A stretch of DNA of 64,000 bases from Deltaproteobacteria bacterium. Lineage in GTDB: Bacteria > Desulfobacterota > Syntrophobacteria > BM002. The notes beneath the pieces were generated by a model, which was not told where the DNA came from, made no database searches, and saw nothing but the letters and a program-made list of their open reading frames with translations. A program made the position numbers and the translations under genes. Of this stretch, positions 9,120 to 17,991 are shown one piece after another. The stretch spans positions 139-64,138 of the forward strand of contig CP070692.1 of the NCBI GenBank assembly GCA_020353215.1, given 5' to 3'. Positions within the stretch are counted from its first letter, which is position 1. Every line of letters starts with the position of its first letter.

Positions 9120-10814
9120 TTACCCTTCGTAGTCAGCCAGTTTCCGTATGCCGTAACGCATCGGCAGCCAGACCACAGCAAGATTGACCACTACCCCCAG
9201 GAAGAAACAGCCGCCGATATACAGCCACTGGACGAAACTAAGGGAACGTTGTTGCACCTGGGCCATGAACAGAGTGTATACGGGTCCCGCCTCCAGGACG
9301 ACTATCAAAACAATGAAGCTCATAGCCAGAATCATATAGAGTAGGCCACCAAAACCAGTGGCCACCTGCGCCACGTTCTCGGCTTTAAAGTTGGGGAAAA
9401 CCGCCCCCATGCCGATGCCAAGAGCAGTGATGCCAAAGACCATCCAAAAGATAGTGATGGGCGTCAGCCAGCGCATCAACGGGGCCACCTGGAGTAATTC
9501 GTTAGAGGCGATGGCGAGAATCTGACCAAGAAGAAGCAAGGGAGCCAGGTAGAAAAAGAATTTGCTCCACAGCAAACGTCCGAGTGTTATCGGTGAAGTC
9601 TGCATGATCCAGAAGGAAAAGCCCTCGGCGCTTACCGCCGGAAAAATGAAGCGAACGCCGATGGAGGCGAGGACAAATCCAGCCAAACCCATGTTCAGGA
9701 ATGCGATGAGATTCTGGAGATAGAAGGTGGGCATGCGAGCACGCTCTAGAGGCAGGACACTATAGTTGTATAGGTACACAACGATTAGCGCAAAAATCAG
9801 GAGAAGCTGAGACCACTGGGAATTGTCACGAAAGAAAGTCTTGAAGTCCTTGCCCATCAAGGCGGTGAACTGAGACCCACGCCTTGGTCCGAGTACGGCA
9901 GCAAGCGGGGTCCTATTTATGAGCCGCCCAATCACAATACGGCGAGCCTCCTGGGACTTGGACCAGCTTTGGGGATAGACCAGAAAGGTTACAAATGCGC
10001 TAACCACCACACTGGCCCCGGCCGTCATCCAGAGAAAGCCCTGGTAGAAACCACCTGGAGTGGAGGACGGTCGCAAAAACGGCCAAACTGACTCAGTGGC
10101 CCAGGTGCTTGGTAGATAAGCCGAAGATGGTGCACTCAAAGCGCGGAAGTAGATGACCACGTCGGTAAAGGCATCCGGGTCCACAAGCCGTTCCGGTCGC
10201 ATGAATCGAAAGAGAAAGTAGAGCAGAATTCCCAGCAAAATGAAGAGGAGAAAGAGGATGTCGCGGGTGCGTTGGGCAGGAAAGATCTGCACCAGGAGCA
10301 TGGTGAGGGTTACACCAATTGAGCCAGCCAGCACCAGATAAGGAATCATCACACTGAGCAGACTGAGATAGTACAATCCTGATCCCCGGTAAGTAAGACC
10401 ATACGCCGTGAAAATAGGGATGCCGAAAAGAAGCACCATCCAGGAGCTCTCCAGCAGTGTCTCCACAAAACGGGCCGCAAAGAGCTCGCCCAGGGAAACT
10501 GGTGTGGCGTGGATGGTACTCAAGTCCTGGGAGAGAAAAAAAGTGCTGAGGGCGACGAGCACATTGCTGAAGATCAGCAAACCAAAAAAGGTTAGGAAAA
10601 CCATGGAAAGGAGCTTGTATGCCAGGATGTCTCCAAACTCCTGCACCGCCTGGAAGTAGCTGAGGACCCGGTAAAAAATGACATAGATGCCCACCCAAAA
10701 ACCAATTGCCATGGCTAGCAAAGAGGTGGTCTTGATTAGAGTCCGCCTCCCTCCGAAGAGAAAGCCGTTCTTTAAAGCCCACCAACGTGGAGCAAGCAAG
10801 GTCAATACGTTCAT
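9120..10814 (-). CDS. Multi-pass ABC exporter permease (ABC-2-like)
   Basis: 564-aa ORF with at least 12 hydrophobic helices. It lies downstream of an ABC ATPase, and its stop directly abuts the start of the hybrid kinase (9119/9120). Confidence 0.7.
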   Translation of the reverse strand: MNVLTLLAPRWWALKNGFLFGGRRTLIKTTSLLAMAIGFWVGIYVIFYRVLSYFQAVQEFGDILAYKLLSMVFLTFFGLLIFSNVLVALSTFFLSQDLSTIHATPVSLGELFAARFVETLLESSWMVLLFGIPIFTAYGLTYRGSGLYYLSLLSVMIPYLVLAGSIGVTLTMLLVQIFPAQRTRDILFLLFILLGILLYFLFRFMRPERLVDPDAFTDVVIYFRALSAPSSAYLPSTWATESVWPFLRPSSTPGGFYQGFLWMTAGASVVVSAFVTFLVYPQSWSKSQEARRIVIGRLINRTPLAAVLGPRRGSQFTALMGKDFKTFFRDNSQWSQLLLIFALIVVYLYNYSVLPLERARMPTFYLQNLIAFLNMGLAGFVLASIGVRFIFPAVSAEGFSFWIMQTSPITLGRLLWSKFFFYLAPLLLLGQILAIASNELLQVAPLMRWLTPITIFWMVFGITALGIGMGAVFPNFKAENVAQVATGFGGLLYMILAMSFIVLIVVLEAGPVYTLFMAQVQQRSLSFVQWLYIGGCFFLGVVVNLAVVWLPMRYGIRKLADYEG

Positions 10815-10906
10815 GGTGCCTTAGATTCCCCGGTGTCCGTATTATCCATCATAGCCGGATGGACACTGACAAAAGAACTAGGCCCGGAGGACCAGATTTC
10901 TCAGAG

Positions 10907-11662
10907 TCAAATGAAGTCTAGTGGTTCCGGGCTAACAGCGTCGGCGCCGGTGAGATGCAAAAATACCGACTCCAAGTGAGGGTCTTCCTGGCCTGCGGCC
11001 TGTTTCAACTCTGCGACCGTTCCCTCGGCCACCAGTTTGCCTTTCTGGATTATACCGATGCGATCACAAAGCTCCTCGGCAATGCCCAGCGTATGAGTGG
11101 ACATGAAAACAGTCATTTCGCTGCGCCTGAGTTCTCTAAATATTCTCTTAATCAGGCGGGCTCCTTTAGGATCCAGTCCCACCATGGGTTCATCCACAAT
11201 AAATACCCGAGGTCCATGGAGCAGGGCTGAACTCATAATTAGCCTCTGTTTCATGCCGTGGGAAAAGCTACCCACAAGCTCGTTGCCCCATTCGGCCAAT
11301 TCGAAAAGCTCCAGCAGCCGCTGCACCCGCCTATCCAGGTGCTCCCCGTTGATCCCGTAGATGTTCGCTATGAAGGTCATGAATTCCAGGCCGGTCAATT
11401 TCTCATAGAGAAAGGGACGGTCAGGTATGAAACCCACACGTCGCTTAACCTCGACCGCATGTTGTCGCAAGTCCAAACCGTCTATGGAAATTCGGCCGGA
11501 GGTGGGCCGAAGTACGCCGGCGAGCATCTTGATGGTGGTCGTCTTACCTGCACCGTTTGGGCCGAGAAATCCGTAGATCTCACCACGGTTGACCCGGAGG
11601 CTCACGTTGTCAACCGCAGTAACCTGCTGGTAGCACTTGGTCAGGTTTTCCAACTGAATCAT
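10907..11662 (-). CDS. ABC transporter ATP-binding protein
   Basis: Walker A GPNGAGKTT, signature SHGMKQRL, Walker B FIVDEP, H-loop STH. Confidence 0.9.
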   Translation of the reverse strand: MIQLENLTKCYQQVTAVDNVSLRVNRGEIYGFLGPNGAGKTTTIKMLAGVLRPTSGRISIDGLDLRQHAVEVKRRVGFIPDRPFLYEKLTGLEFMTFIANIYGINGEHLDRRVQRLLELFELAEWGNELVGSFSHGMKQRLIMSSALLHGPRVFIVDEPMVGLDPKGARLIKRIFRELRRSEMTVFMSTHTLGIAEELCDRIGIIQKGKLVAEGTVAELKQAAGQEDPHLESVFLHLTGADAVSPEPLDFI

Positions 11663-11840
11663 GGCTCATTCCCAATGAAGTAGTGTGTCCACTCGGTGGT
11701 TCCAATTCCGTTGCCACTGTCCGATCCATCCCCTGTAGTGGAAGTCTGAAAGTCGTGGCGTCTCGCGGCTGCTTCTCTTGTCCACGGACGACTGTGCGAT
11801 TCATGAAACGGAAACACCTTGCAGGGAAAAGGGGATGGAT

Positions 11841-13337
11841 TCATTCGTATTCAAGGACCTGGATTCGAAGTCGTCCGATTACTCTCACCAACTGGACCTG
11901 GCGGTCCAGATTCCCGATGACGAGCCGGACATGAGTAGGATCCGCAGGTACTTGATTCATGAGGCTGTCCACGGCAACCCATTCTCCCACAAAAACCTCG
12001 TTCCAGGCATGGTAAAAGAAACGGCCATCAACGTAAACCAGGCCTGCAGCTATCCGCGTGGGAATACCTACGGCACGAGCGAGAGCTGCAAAAAGAACGC
12101 TGTGTTCATTGCAATCGCCAGCCCGTCGCTTATAGACCTCCAGGGCGTTCGGAATCGAGAGAGTCGGCCGTTTCTCCAGGTAATCGTAAACCCAGTCGCT
12201 TAGTAAAACCGTGGCACGCAAGCCATCTCTCTCACCGTCAACGATGGCGGCAGCCTGCTCTCTAATTTCCCGAGTATCACTTTGTATAAGCAAGTCGGGC
12301 TGCAAATCCCGGGCCATCTCTGATCTGTTCCAAGGAATGCTGACAGAAGGAATTTCTTGCACCGACTCGCGGACAATGGTCAATTCATCCTTATTCCACC
12401 ATTGTCTACCACCGGTCAAGTCCCAGTCATCTCCTGTGATGCCCTTGATTCGCAATCGTACACGAGTCAATTTCCTCGGTTTGCCAATGGCTCGGTCAGG
12501 CACCACGGCTGCCTCTCGCACTAGCTCGGCGGCAGTTGCCTCTGTCAAACTCCTGAGGGCGTCTTCGCCGTCGGTTCGAACCATCGTCATGCCCAGGAAC
12601 CCCTCCTCCTTTAGGAGTTCACCGTAAGGGCTGATCCATGTCCTGAGCTTTATGCCGTGAAATTCCGTGACTACGCGATAGGCTTCCAGATTGCGGGAAC
12701 GAACACGGATGGTTTCCCTGGCCTCCACGTGCACAGGCACAGCGGTGCGACTCATGGTGGCAGGGTCGAAGAGCATTAGCCTGTAAGTGTTCCCCACCTG
12801 TAACTTCTGTTCACACACGAATGATTTCATTCCACTGCCGAGATAGATTGGTTGAGAAAGGGGTAGCTGTTGGCTCTGCTCCTGCCCGGCCATCGTGCTC
12901 ACCAGGGTCAACTGTCCATCGTCTACCCTTCCGTTCAGACGAAAGGAGATGAGACCAGCCTGGAGGCGAAAAGCAAACGATCTAACGGAGAAGTCGGGTG
13001 CAAGTTGAGCCTCGATTGTGGAGAATACATCCTGAATCTCGTCCAAGAAATCCAAGCGTAAAAAAAGCTCCTCATGGAGCGCATAGCCATCCCTTTCGGG
13101 GCGCAGCCGGGTATGACTATAACCGGCCCTGAGACCATTTTGGAAGATGGCAAACCATTCCTCTTTGTACTCCTGCTCGGCCAGTTGTTTGACCTCAGGT
13201 GTCAGGACCTCTGGTCTACCTCGATGAATTCGGTGGACGAAGATGGACGCATATGCAAGCCATCCCACCAAAACCGCAATTCCCAGAGATAAGGCCACCC
13301 ATCTCTTGAGGCGGCCTTTACTAGCGATTTTCGGCAT
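11841..13337 (-). CDS. Membrane-anchored transglutaminase-like cysteine protease family protein
   Basis: N-terminal TM helix. The C-terminal transglutaminase core is GDCNEHSVLFAALARAVGIP...YHAWNEV...AVDS (Cys-His-Asp). Confidence 0.8.
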   Translation of the reverse strand: MPKIASKGRLKRWVALSLGIAVLVGWLAYASIFVHRIHRGRPEVLTPEVKQLAEQEYKEEWFAIFQNGLRAGYSHTRLRPERDGYALHEELFLRLDFLDEIQDVFSTIEAQLAPDFSVRSFAFRLQAGLISFRLNGRVDDGQLTLVSTMAGQEQSQQLPLSQPIYLGSGMKSFVCEQKLQVGNTYRLMLFDPATMSRTAVPVHVEARETIRVRSRNLEAYRVVTEFHGIKLRTWISPYGELLKEEGFLGMTMVRTDGEDALRSLTEATAAELVREAAVVPDRAIGKPRKLTRVRLRIKGITGDDWDLTGGRQWWNKDELTIVRESVQEIPSVSIPWNRSEMARDLQPDLLIQSDTREIREQAAAIVDGERDGLRATVLLSDWVYDYLEKRPTLSIPNALEVYKRRAGDCNEHSVLFAALARAVGIPTRIAAGLVYVDGRFFYHAWNEVFVGEWVAVDSLMNQVPADPTHVRLVIGNLDRQVQLVRVIGRLRIQVLEYE

Positions 13338-14058
13338 GTCTTCGCCTCACCAAAGCTTCAGCGTTCTTGATCATCTGTTGAAAACCACGGATATTGATAC
13401 CCGCCCCCAGAGCGATCCTTTCAGCGCTCTCAGTGGTTATCAAGTCTCCAGGTGCGTGGGCGTCTGAATTGATCACCAGGCTTGCTCCCTCTTCCTGGGC
13501 CATCCGGACTACGTGCCCGTTGGTAAAGGAATGGCCCTTGCGGCCTGATATCTCAAGAAGAATGGACCGTTCTGCCGCCAAGGCGACCTCCTCCCGTGTA
13601 ATTAGACCCGGATGGGCGAGAATATCAATGTCCGCTTCAAGTCCGGCCCGGTTGGTCCCAGGTAACACCGGTTCTACGATGGTCTCACCGTGGACAACCA
13701 CCAAACTCGCCCCTAGCTGTCTGGCCTCTGTGGCCAAAGGACCGATGGTGGCCGGCGGTACGTGTGTGAGCTCAATACCCGCAACTGCCTGAATGCGATT
13801 GTGACGATTGATTTCTGCCACAACTCTAGCAACCCGGGGAACGATGAAATCCAGATTGCCCCGGTCAGCATGGTCGGTGATACCTATATAACGGTACCCT
13901 ATCTCCTCGGCGCGCCGCACCAGTTCGCTAACCACAAGTACACCGTCGCTGAACAAAGAATGCGTGTGCAGGTCGATCAAAGCGTCTCTCCTTTCGTCCT
14001 GCAAATCGCCCGCACTCTCCCCCCTGGGGCAGAAAGCCAGAGGCGTGTGCAACACCAT
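13321..14058 (-). CDS. PHP-domain (histidinol-phosphatase-like) metal-dependent phosphoesterase
   Basis: IDLHTHSLFSDG, GITDHAD, VVHGE and NSDAH motifs. It overlaps the transglutaminase-like gene by 17 nt. Confidence 0.8.
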   Translation of the reverse strand: MVLHTPLAFCPRGESAGDLQDERRDALIDLHTHSLFSDGVLVVSELVRRAEEIGYRYIGITDHADRGNLDFIVPRVARVVAEINRHNRIQAVAGIELTHVPPATIGPLATEARQLGASLVVVHGETIVEPVLPGTNRAGLEADIDILAHPGLITREEVALAAERSILLEISGRKGHSFTNGHVVRMAQEEGASLVINSDAHAPGDLITTESAERIALGAGINIRGFQQMIKNAEALVRRRHAENR

Positions 14059-14222
14059 GCAGGATCCATTCCGAATTTAAGATTACAAACTACAAGTGTC
14101 AGCCTGCAGATAATCACTGAAAAAGATCGGGGAGAGTTCTGGTTGGACGTATTTCGGGTTAGGGTCTTCAATTGCGCGCAAGTGACACGTTACTTACCAC
14201 ACGTTTCACCTGACAAGTTGGG

Positions 14223-14720
14223 TCACATCTTGTACTTGCCGAAGTCTTCCGGCGAAAGATTTTCCAGGATGTCGGTCCATTTTTTGGCGTCTTTGTCCCG
14301 GATTTCCGCCTTGCCGACCGTCTCAACCTTGCCGGATTTCTCGATCACTTTCTCACTGACGAAAATCCTGGCGTTTGCCCTTAGGGCGATGGCCAGGGCA
14401 TCACTGGGCCGGGCGTCGATCCTGGTCTCCTTGCCATTCACTAGCAGGTAGATCCAGGCATAAAAGGTATTATCCCGTAAATCGCAGACCTCTACTCTAT
14501 CCACCTTAGCTCCCAGGTGGCCCATCAGATTCTTGATCAAATCGTGAGTCATCGGTCGAGCGAACTGGACCTGTTCGAGCTCCGTGGCAATAGCAGTGGC
14601 TTCCAACAGTCCGATCCAAATGGGTACCGAAGTATCACTGTTGGTATCTTTCAAGACAACAATCGGTGTATTGGTATGTGGATCCATAGTGAGACCCGAA
14701 ATCTTCATTTCCCGCACCAT
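14223..14720 (-). CDS. Bifunctional nuclease (BFN/DUF151) family protein
   Basis: PIVVLKD...VPIWIGLLEATAIA...RPMTHDL...FYAWIYL...IDARPSDALAIALR matches the BFN pattern. The start is placed at MVREMKISG; the longer ORF to 14765 would run into miaB. Confidence 0.8.
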   Translation of the reverse strand: MVREMKISGLTMDPHTNTPIVVLKDTNSDTSVPIWIGLLEATAIATELEQVQFARPMTHDLIKNLMGHLGAKVDRVEVCDLRDNTFYAWIYLLVNGKETRIDARPSDALAIALRANARIFVSEKVIEKSGKVETVGKAEIRDKDAKKWTDILENLSPEDFGKYKM

Positions 14721-16099
14721 GATCTCTCCTTCACAGCATGCAAGCTCGAACTCTCTTTCACACATACCACACCCTCCAACGAGTGGGCATGCGCGGCGGT
14801 AATTAGCACTGGTAACTCTTCACCCACTAGTTGGGGCGTGCCGAGAAAATTAACCACCCGGTTGTGCGGCGTTCGGCCGCTGAGCTGGGAACCTCCAGCC
14901 TGACTCGGGCCTTCCACCAACACCTGGGAGATCTCCCCCACCTGGGCCTTATTGCGCTCCATAGTCAACCGTTCCTGCAAGCTTTGCAGCGTTTGTAGTC
15001 GCCGCAACTTAACCTCTTCCGGCACTTTGCCGCCCAGACGGCTGGCCGCCGTCTGGGGTCGATCCGAATACTTGAAGGAGAAGATTGATTCGAATGAAAC
15101 TTCCTCCATCAGACTCAGAGTCTGTTGAAAATCATCTTCACCCTCTCCTGGAAAACCAACGATCATGTCGGAGGATATGGCCACGTCCTCGCGTATGGCT
15201 CTCAATCGTCTCACCTGTTGCAAGTAATGGGCCCGCGTGTAGCCACGTTTCATCAGCTGCAGAATCGGATCGGATCCAGATTGCACTGGGAGATGAATAT
15301 GGGGGCACAAAGGCTCTAGGTCAGCGAAGCAGTGCATTAGCGACGACGACAGATCTTTGGGGTGTGAAGTGGTGAAGCGAATCCGGAGCAACCCTTCAAC
15401 CCGGGCCAGCAAACGAAGCAATCCAGCAAAGTCGGGCTCCCCTGTAACTCTTAAGCCGTAAGAGTTCACGTTCTGGCCCAACAGAGTTACCGCCCGGACG
15501 CCGCGTTCAACAAGGCTTTCCACTTCTCGGATAATTTCCTTACTCGGCCTACTGACTTCTCTACCGCGAACGATGGGCACGATGCAATACGTGCAGAAGT
15601 TATCGCAGCCCCGCATAATCGTCACGTAAGCAGATACCTCGGGTCGCGATGCCAGAGATCTGCCGTCGACCTCATCCCCGAAATCGTAAGAGAAGCCCAC
15701 AGATGCCTGCCGTTCCCCGGTAGTTTCGTATCGGGCGATCATGGCAGGCACTTCCCGGATGGAGTGGGTCCCCACCACCAAATCCAAATGCGGCAGTCTT
15801 CGCAGCAGTTCCTCACCATGCTGCTGAGCAACACACCCACCCAGAGCGACGACGAGATCCGGCCGCGACCGTTTCAGTGGTTTCAGTCGGCCAAGGTAAC
15901 TGAATGCTTTCTGTTCGGCTTTGTCGCGAACAGTGCAGGTGTTGATAAAAATCAGGTCGGCCTGACGATAATCTTCCACTAGCTCCCACTGGTGTTTGCC
16001 AAGGATCTCCACCAGCCGCTCGCTGTCGTAACGGTTCATTTGGCAGCCAAAGGTTCTGATGAAAAGTCGTCCGACCTTGCTATCATTGGGTAGTCTCAT
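14705..16099 (-). CDS. miaB: tRNA-2-methylthio-N6-dimethylallyladenosine synthase
   Basis: UPF0004 domain FIRTFGCQMN, radical-SAM motif CDNFCTYC, C-terminal TRAM domain. Confidence 0.9.
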   Translation of the reverse strand: MRLPNDSKVGRLFIRTFGCQMNRYDSERLVEILGKHQWELVEDYRQADLIFINTCTVRDKAEQKAFSYLGRLKPLKRSRPDLVVALGGCVAQQHGEELLRRLPHLDLVVGTHSIREVPAMIARYETTGERQASVGFSYDFGDEVDGRSLASRPEVSAYVTIMRGCDNFCTYCIVPIVRGREVSRPSKEIIREVESLVERGVRAVTLLGQNVNSYGLRVTGEPDFAGLLRLLARVEGLLRIRFTTSHPKDLSSSLMHCFADLEPLCPHIHLPVQSGSDPILQLMKRGYTRAHYLQQVRRLRAIREDVAISSDMIVGFPGEGEDDFQQTLSLMEEVSFESIFSFKYSDRPQTAASRLGGKVPEEVKLRRLQTLQSLQERLTMERNKAQVGEISQVLVEGPSQAGGSQLSGRTPHNRVVNFLGTPQLVGEELPVLITAAHAHSLEGVVCVKESSSLHAVKERSWCGK

Positions 16100-16107
16100 G
16101 ATATCAT

Positions 16108-16953
16108 TCAGTTATCTGCTTCGAGTACCTCTTGCAGTCTTGAAATCTTCTTTATGGAATGTGAAAGTCGCTTTGCCAGAGCGCTGATCATACGTCTGGC
16201 AATTTCCGGGTGGTCCTCAATCATATCTTGGATATGCTCTGCTGAATAGACCTGAACCACGCTATTTCCTCTGGACGTGACAGTTGCGGAGCGTTCCTGG
16301 TTGAGCACGCTGGCCATTTCGCCGAAAAACTCACCAGGGGTTAGAATGAGCCCCACTTCTCGACCATTCTTACTGACAACCAACCCCTGCTCCGTGGATA
16401 CCAGCTTAAAAATGTCTGTCTCTCTAAGTCCCTCCCTTATTATGACCTCTCCATCAACGTAGAAGCGAATATTAACATCGTCCAGGGCCGGCTCATTGTC
16501 GTTCCGCACCACAGCTCGGACGGTCTGAGACATTTGCCCGAGAACCGACAGCAGGATGGACCGGCCCAGCTGTGGTCGCTCGTACAAGATAAAGTCCATG
16601 GCGTCTCTACTGTAGGTAGCGATCCTGGCACTGTCTACAGCCCTAGCAGTAATGGTTGAAGGGTGATTGAGGAAGCTGCTCTCCAGACCAAATACGTCTC
16701 CTACCTCTAAGATACTCAGCTGTCGCCCCCGGCGGACGATCTTCACTTTGCCGCTGAGCACAACATAGAAACGATCAGTGTGGTCACCTTCCAAGATGAT
16801 TTCTTGGTCATCCTGATAAGTGCTGATCTCCAGGGCGGTAGGCCCCTGTTCCAGGTCCACTCCTGTACGCTCCTCCTTATCAACCACCGGTCCACCTAAC
16901 CTGTACCCAAACGCCAGGACCTTCGACCGCAGCGGACAGGTGTCTATAGTCAC
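16108..16953 (-). CDS. Protein with two cyclic-nucleotide-binding (CAP_ED) domains and no output domain
   Basis: Two cNMP-like beta-rolls (GDVFGLES; GEFFGEMASV...RSATV). It lies 8 nt upstream of miaB. Confidence 0.8.
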   Translation of the reverse strand: MTIDTCPLRSKVLAFGYRLGGPVVDKEERTGVDLEQGPTALEISTYQDDQEIILEGDHTDRFYVVLSGKVKIVRRGRQLSILEVGDVFGLESSFLNHPSTITARAVDSARIATYSRDAMDFILYERPQLGRSILLSVLGQMSQTVRAVVRNDNEPALDDVNIRFYVDGEVIIREGLRETDIFKLVSTEQGLVVSKNGREVGLILTPGEFFGEMASVLNQERSATVTSRGNSVVQVYSAEHIQDMIEDHPEIARRMISALAKRLSHSIKKISRLQEVLEADN

Positions 16954-17069
16954 ACGCTTATTACCCGCGGCCCCGCTCGCTTGCTGCGTTCAAACGTATG
17001 ACCGTGCTGGCGCCTGGACCCTAAGAAGCACGTAGTGTGCGGTCGAGCAAGCTGGCTAATTCACTCTCG

Positions 17070-17351
17070 TCACTCATACGCGATTTGCTCAGGTCGTGGC
17101 GTGTGATGATGGTCACCACTTTCATCATCCGCGGTGACCCGATGCAGTTCGAGTTCCTTGGCGAGGGCTTCCATCAAATCCTTCAGCGGACCATGGCTGC
17201 CAGGCGGAACCGAAAGCTGGACCAATCCACGATTGGGTTCGAGTGTAGTGAGAGTTGCCAACCCCTCATAACCCTCCAGGATAAACTTGAGATAGTGAAT
17301 TTCGTATGGGTTGATCCTGTAGAGCCAAAGGTCTGAACGCATAGAATTCAT
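17070..17351 (-). CDS. DUF4911-like small protein
   Basis: The sequence INPYEIHYLKFILEGYEGLATLTTLEP...VQLSVPPG matches my memory of DUF4911. Confidence 0.55.
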   Translation of the reverse strand: MNSMRSDLWLYRINPYEIHYLKFILEGYEGLATLTTLEPNRGLVQLSVPPGSHGPLKDLMEALAKELELHRVTADDESGDHHHTPRPEQIAYE

Positions 17352-17597
17352 AGTAATGACCTTAGCCCGGATATTTCATGATTTCACGCCTTGGCGTGAC
17401 TCCGACCGTTTTACTTGTCATCACGCTTCGCTGTCACTCATAGTCACTGGGTCACTGTGTCGTCCAATGCCAAGATCACGACACCATGGCTTTGCCATTC
17501 CTGGTGATGGGTTTATGGAAGCGACCGAATGACTTGATGACGGGCGTTCGCCCAAATGACCTGATGACAGCCTTGTCAGGTACGGCTCGGATTCGAG

Positions 17598-17704
17598 TCC
17601 CGCGGGATGGGTGCCCGGTTGCCCGCTCATCCTCTTCGCACTCACTCCGCTCCGCTCAGTCCCCACCCCTTTGGGTCGGGTCCCCGGTTACACGGTCTCG
17701 CGAC
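17598..17704 (+). repeat. Dispersed intergenic repeat, copy A
   Basis: Shares TCCCGCGGGAT...TCTTCGC.CTC..TCCGCTCCGCT..AGTC.CCACCCCTTT.GGG.GG.TCCCCG..TACACGGT.TCG.GAC with 37321-37425 and 44971-45097. Confidence 0.7.
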
Positions 17705-17991
17705 ACAAAATCATCAAATATCCGGGCTAGGAGACCTCTCGCAAATCGCCTAAACACGTTACCATGTTTGGTTGACGGTGACAAGGACAAAGCCCTGTGA
17801 GGATATACCCAAAACCCCCACTATTCAAGAGATGATACGCGATCAGGCGACCGTGCGATCTTGACTTGGCGGAACAGTTGCGATTTATTGTCAAGGTCAC
17901 AATAAAGGGACAGCGGGAGTTGCTCCATTTACTATCCGCTTGCGTTTCGTCTCCATAACCGCTGTGACGCAGTTCACAAAGGTGGGCAGAA

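Noticed and set aside
10093-10785. 230-aa alternative-frame ORF inside the ABC permease gene
   Set aside because: It lies on the same strand but in a different frame from a coherent 12-TM permease. Its sequence is Pro/Gly/His-rich with no hydrophobic periodicity.
17588-17612. tRNA T-arm-like string (GGATTCGAGTCCCGC) at the 5' edge of repeat copy A, a possible tRNA-derived att remnant
   Set aside because: The 5' strand of the T stem, the acceptor stem and CCA are missing. The string is absent from repeat copies B and C.
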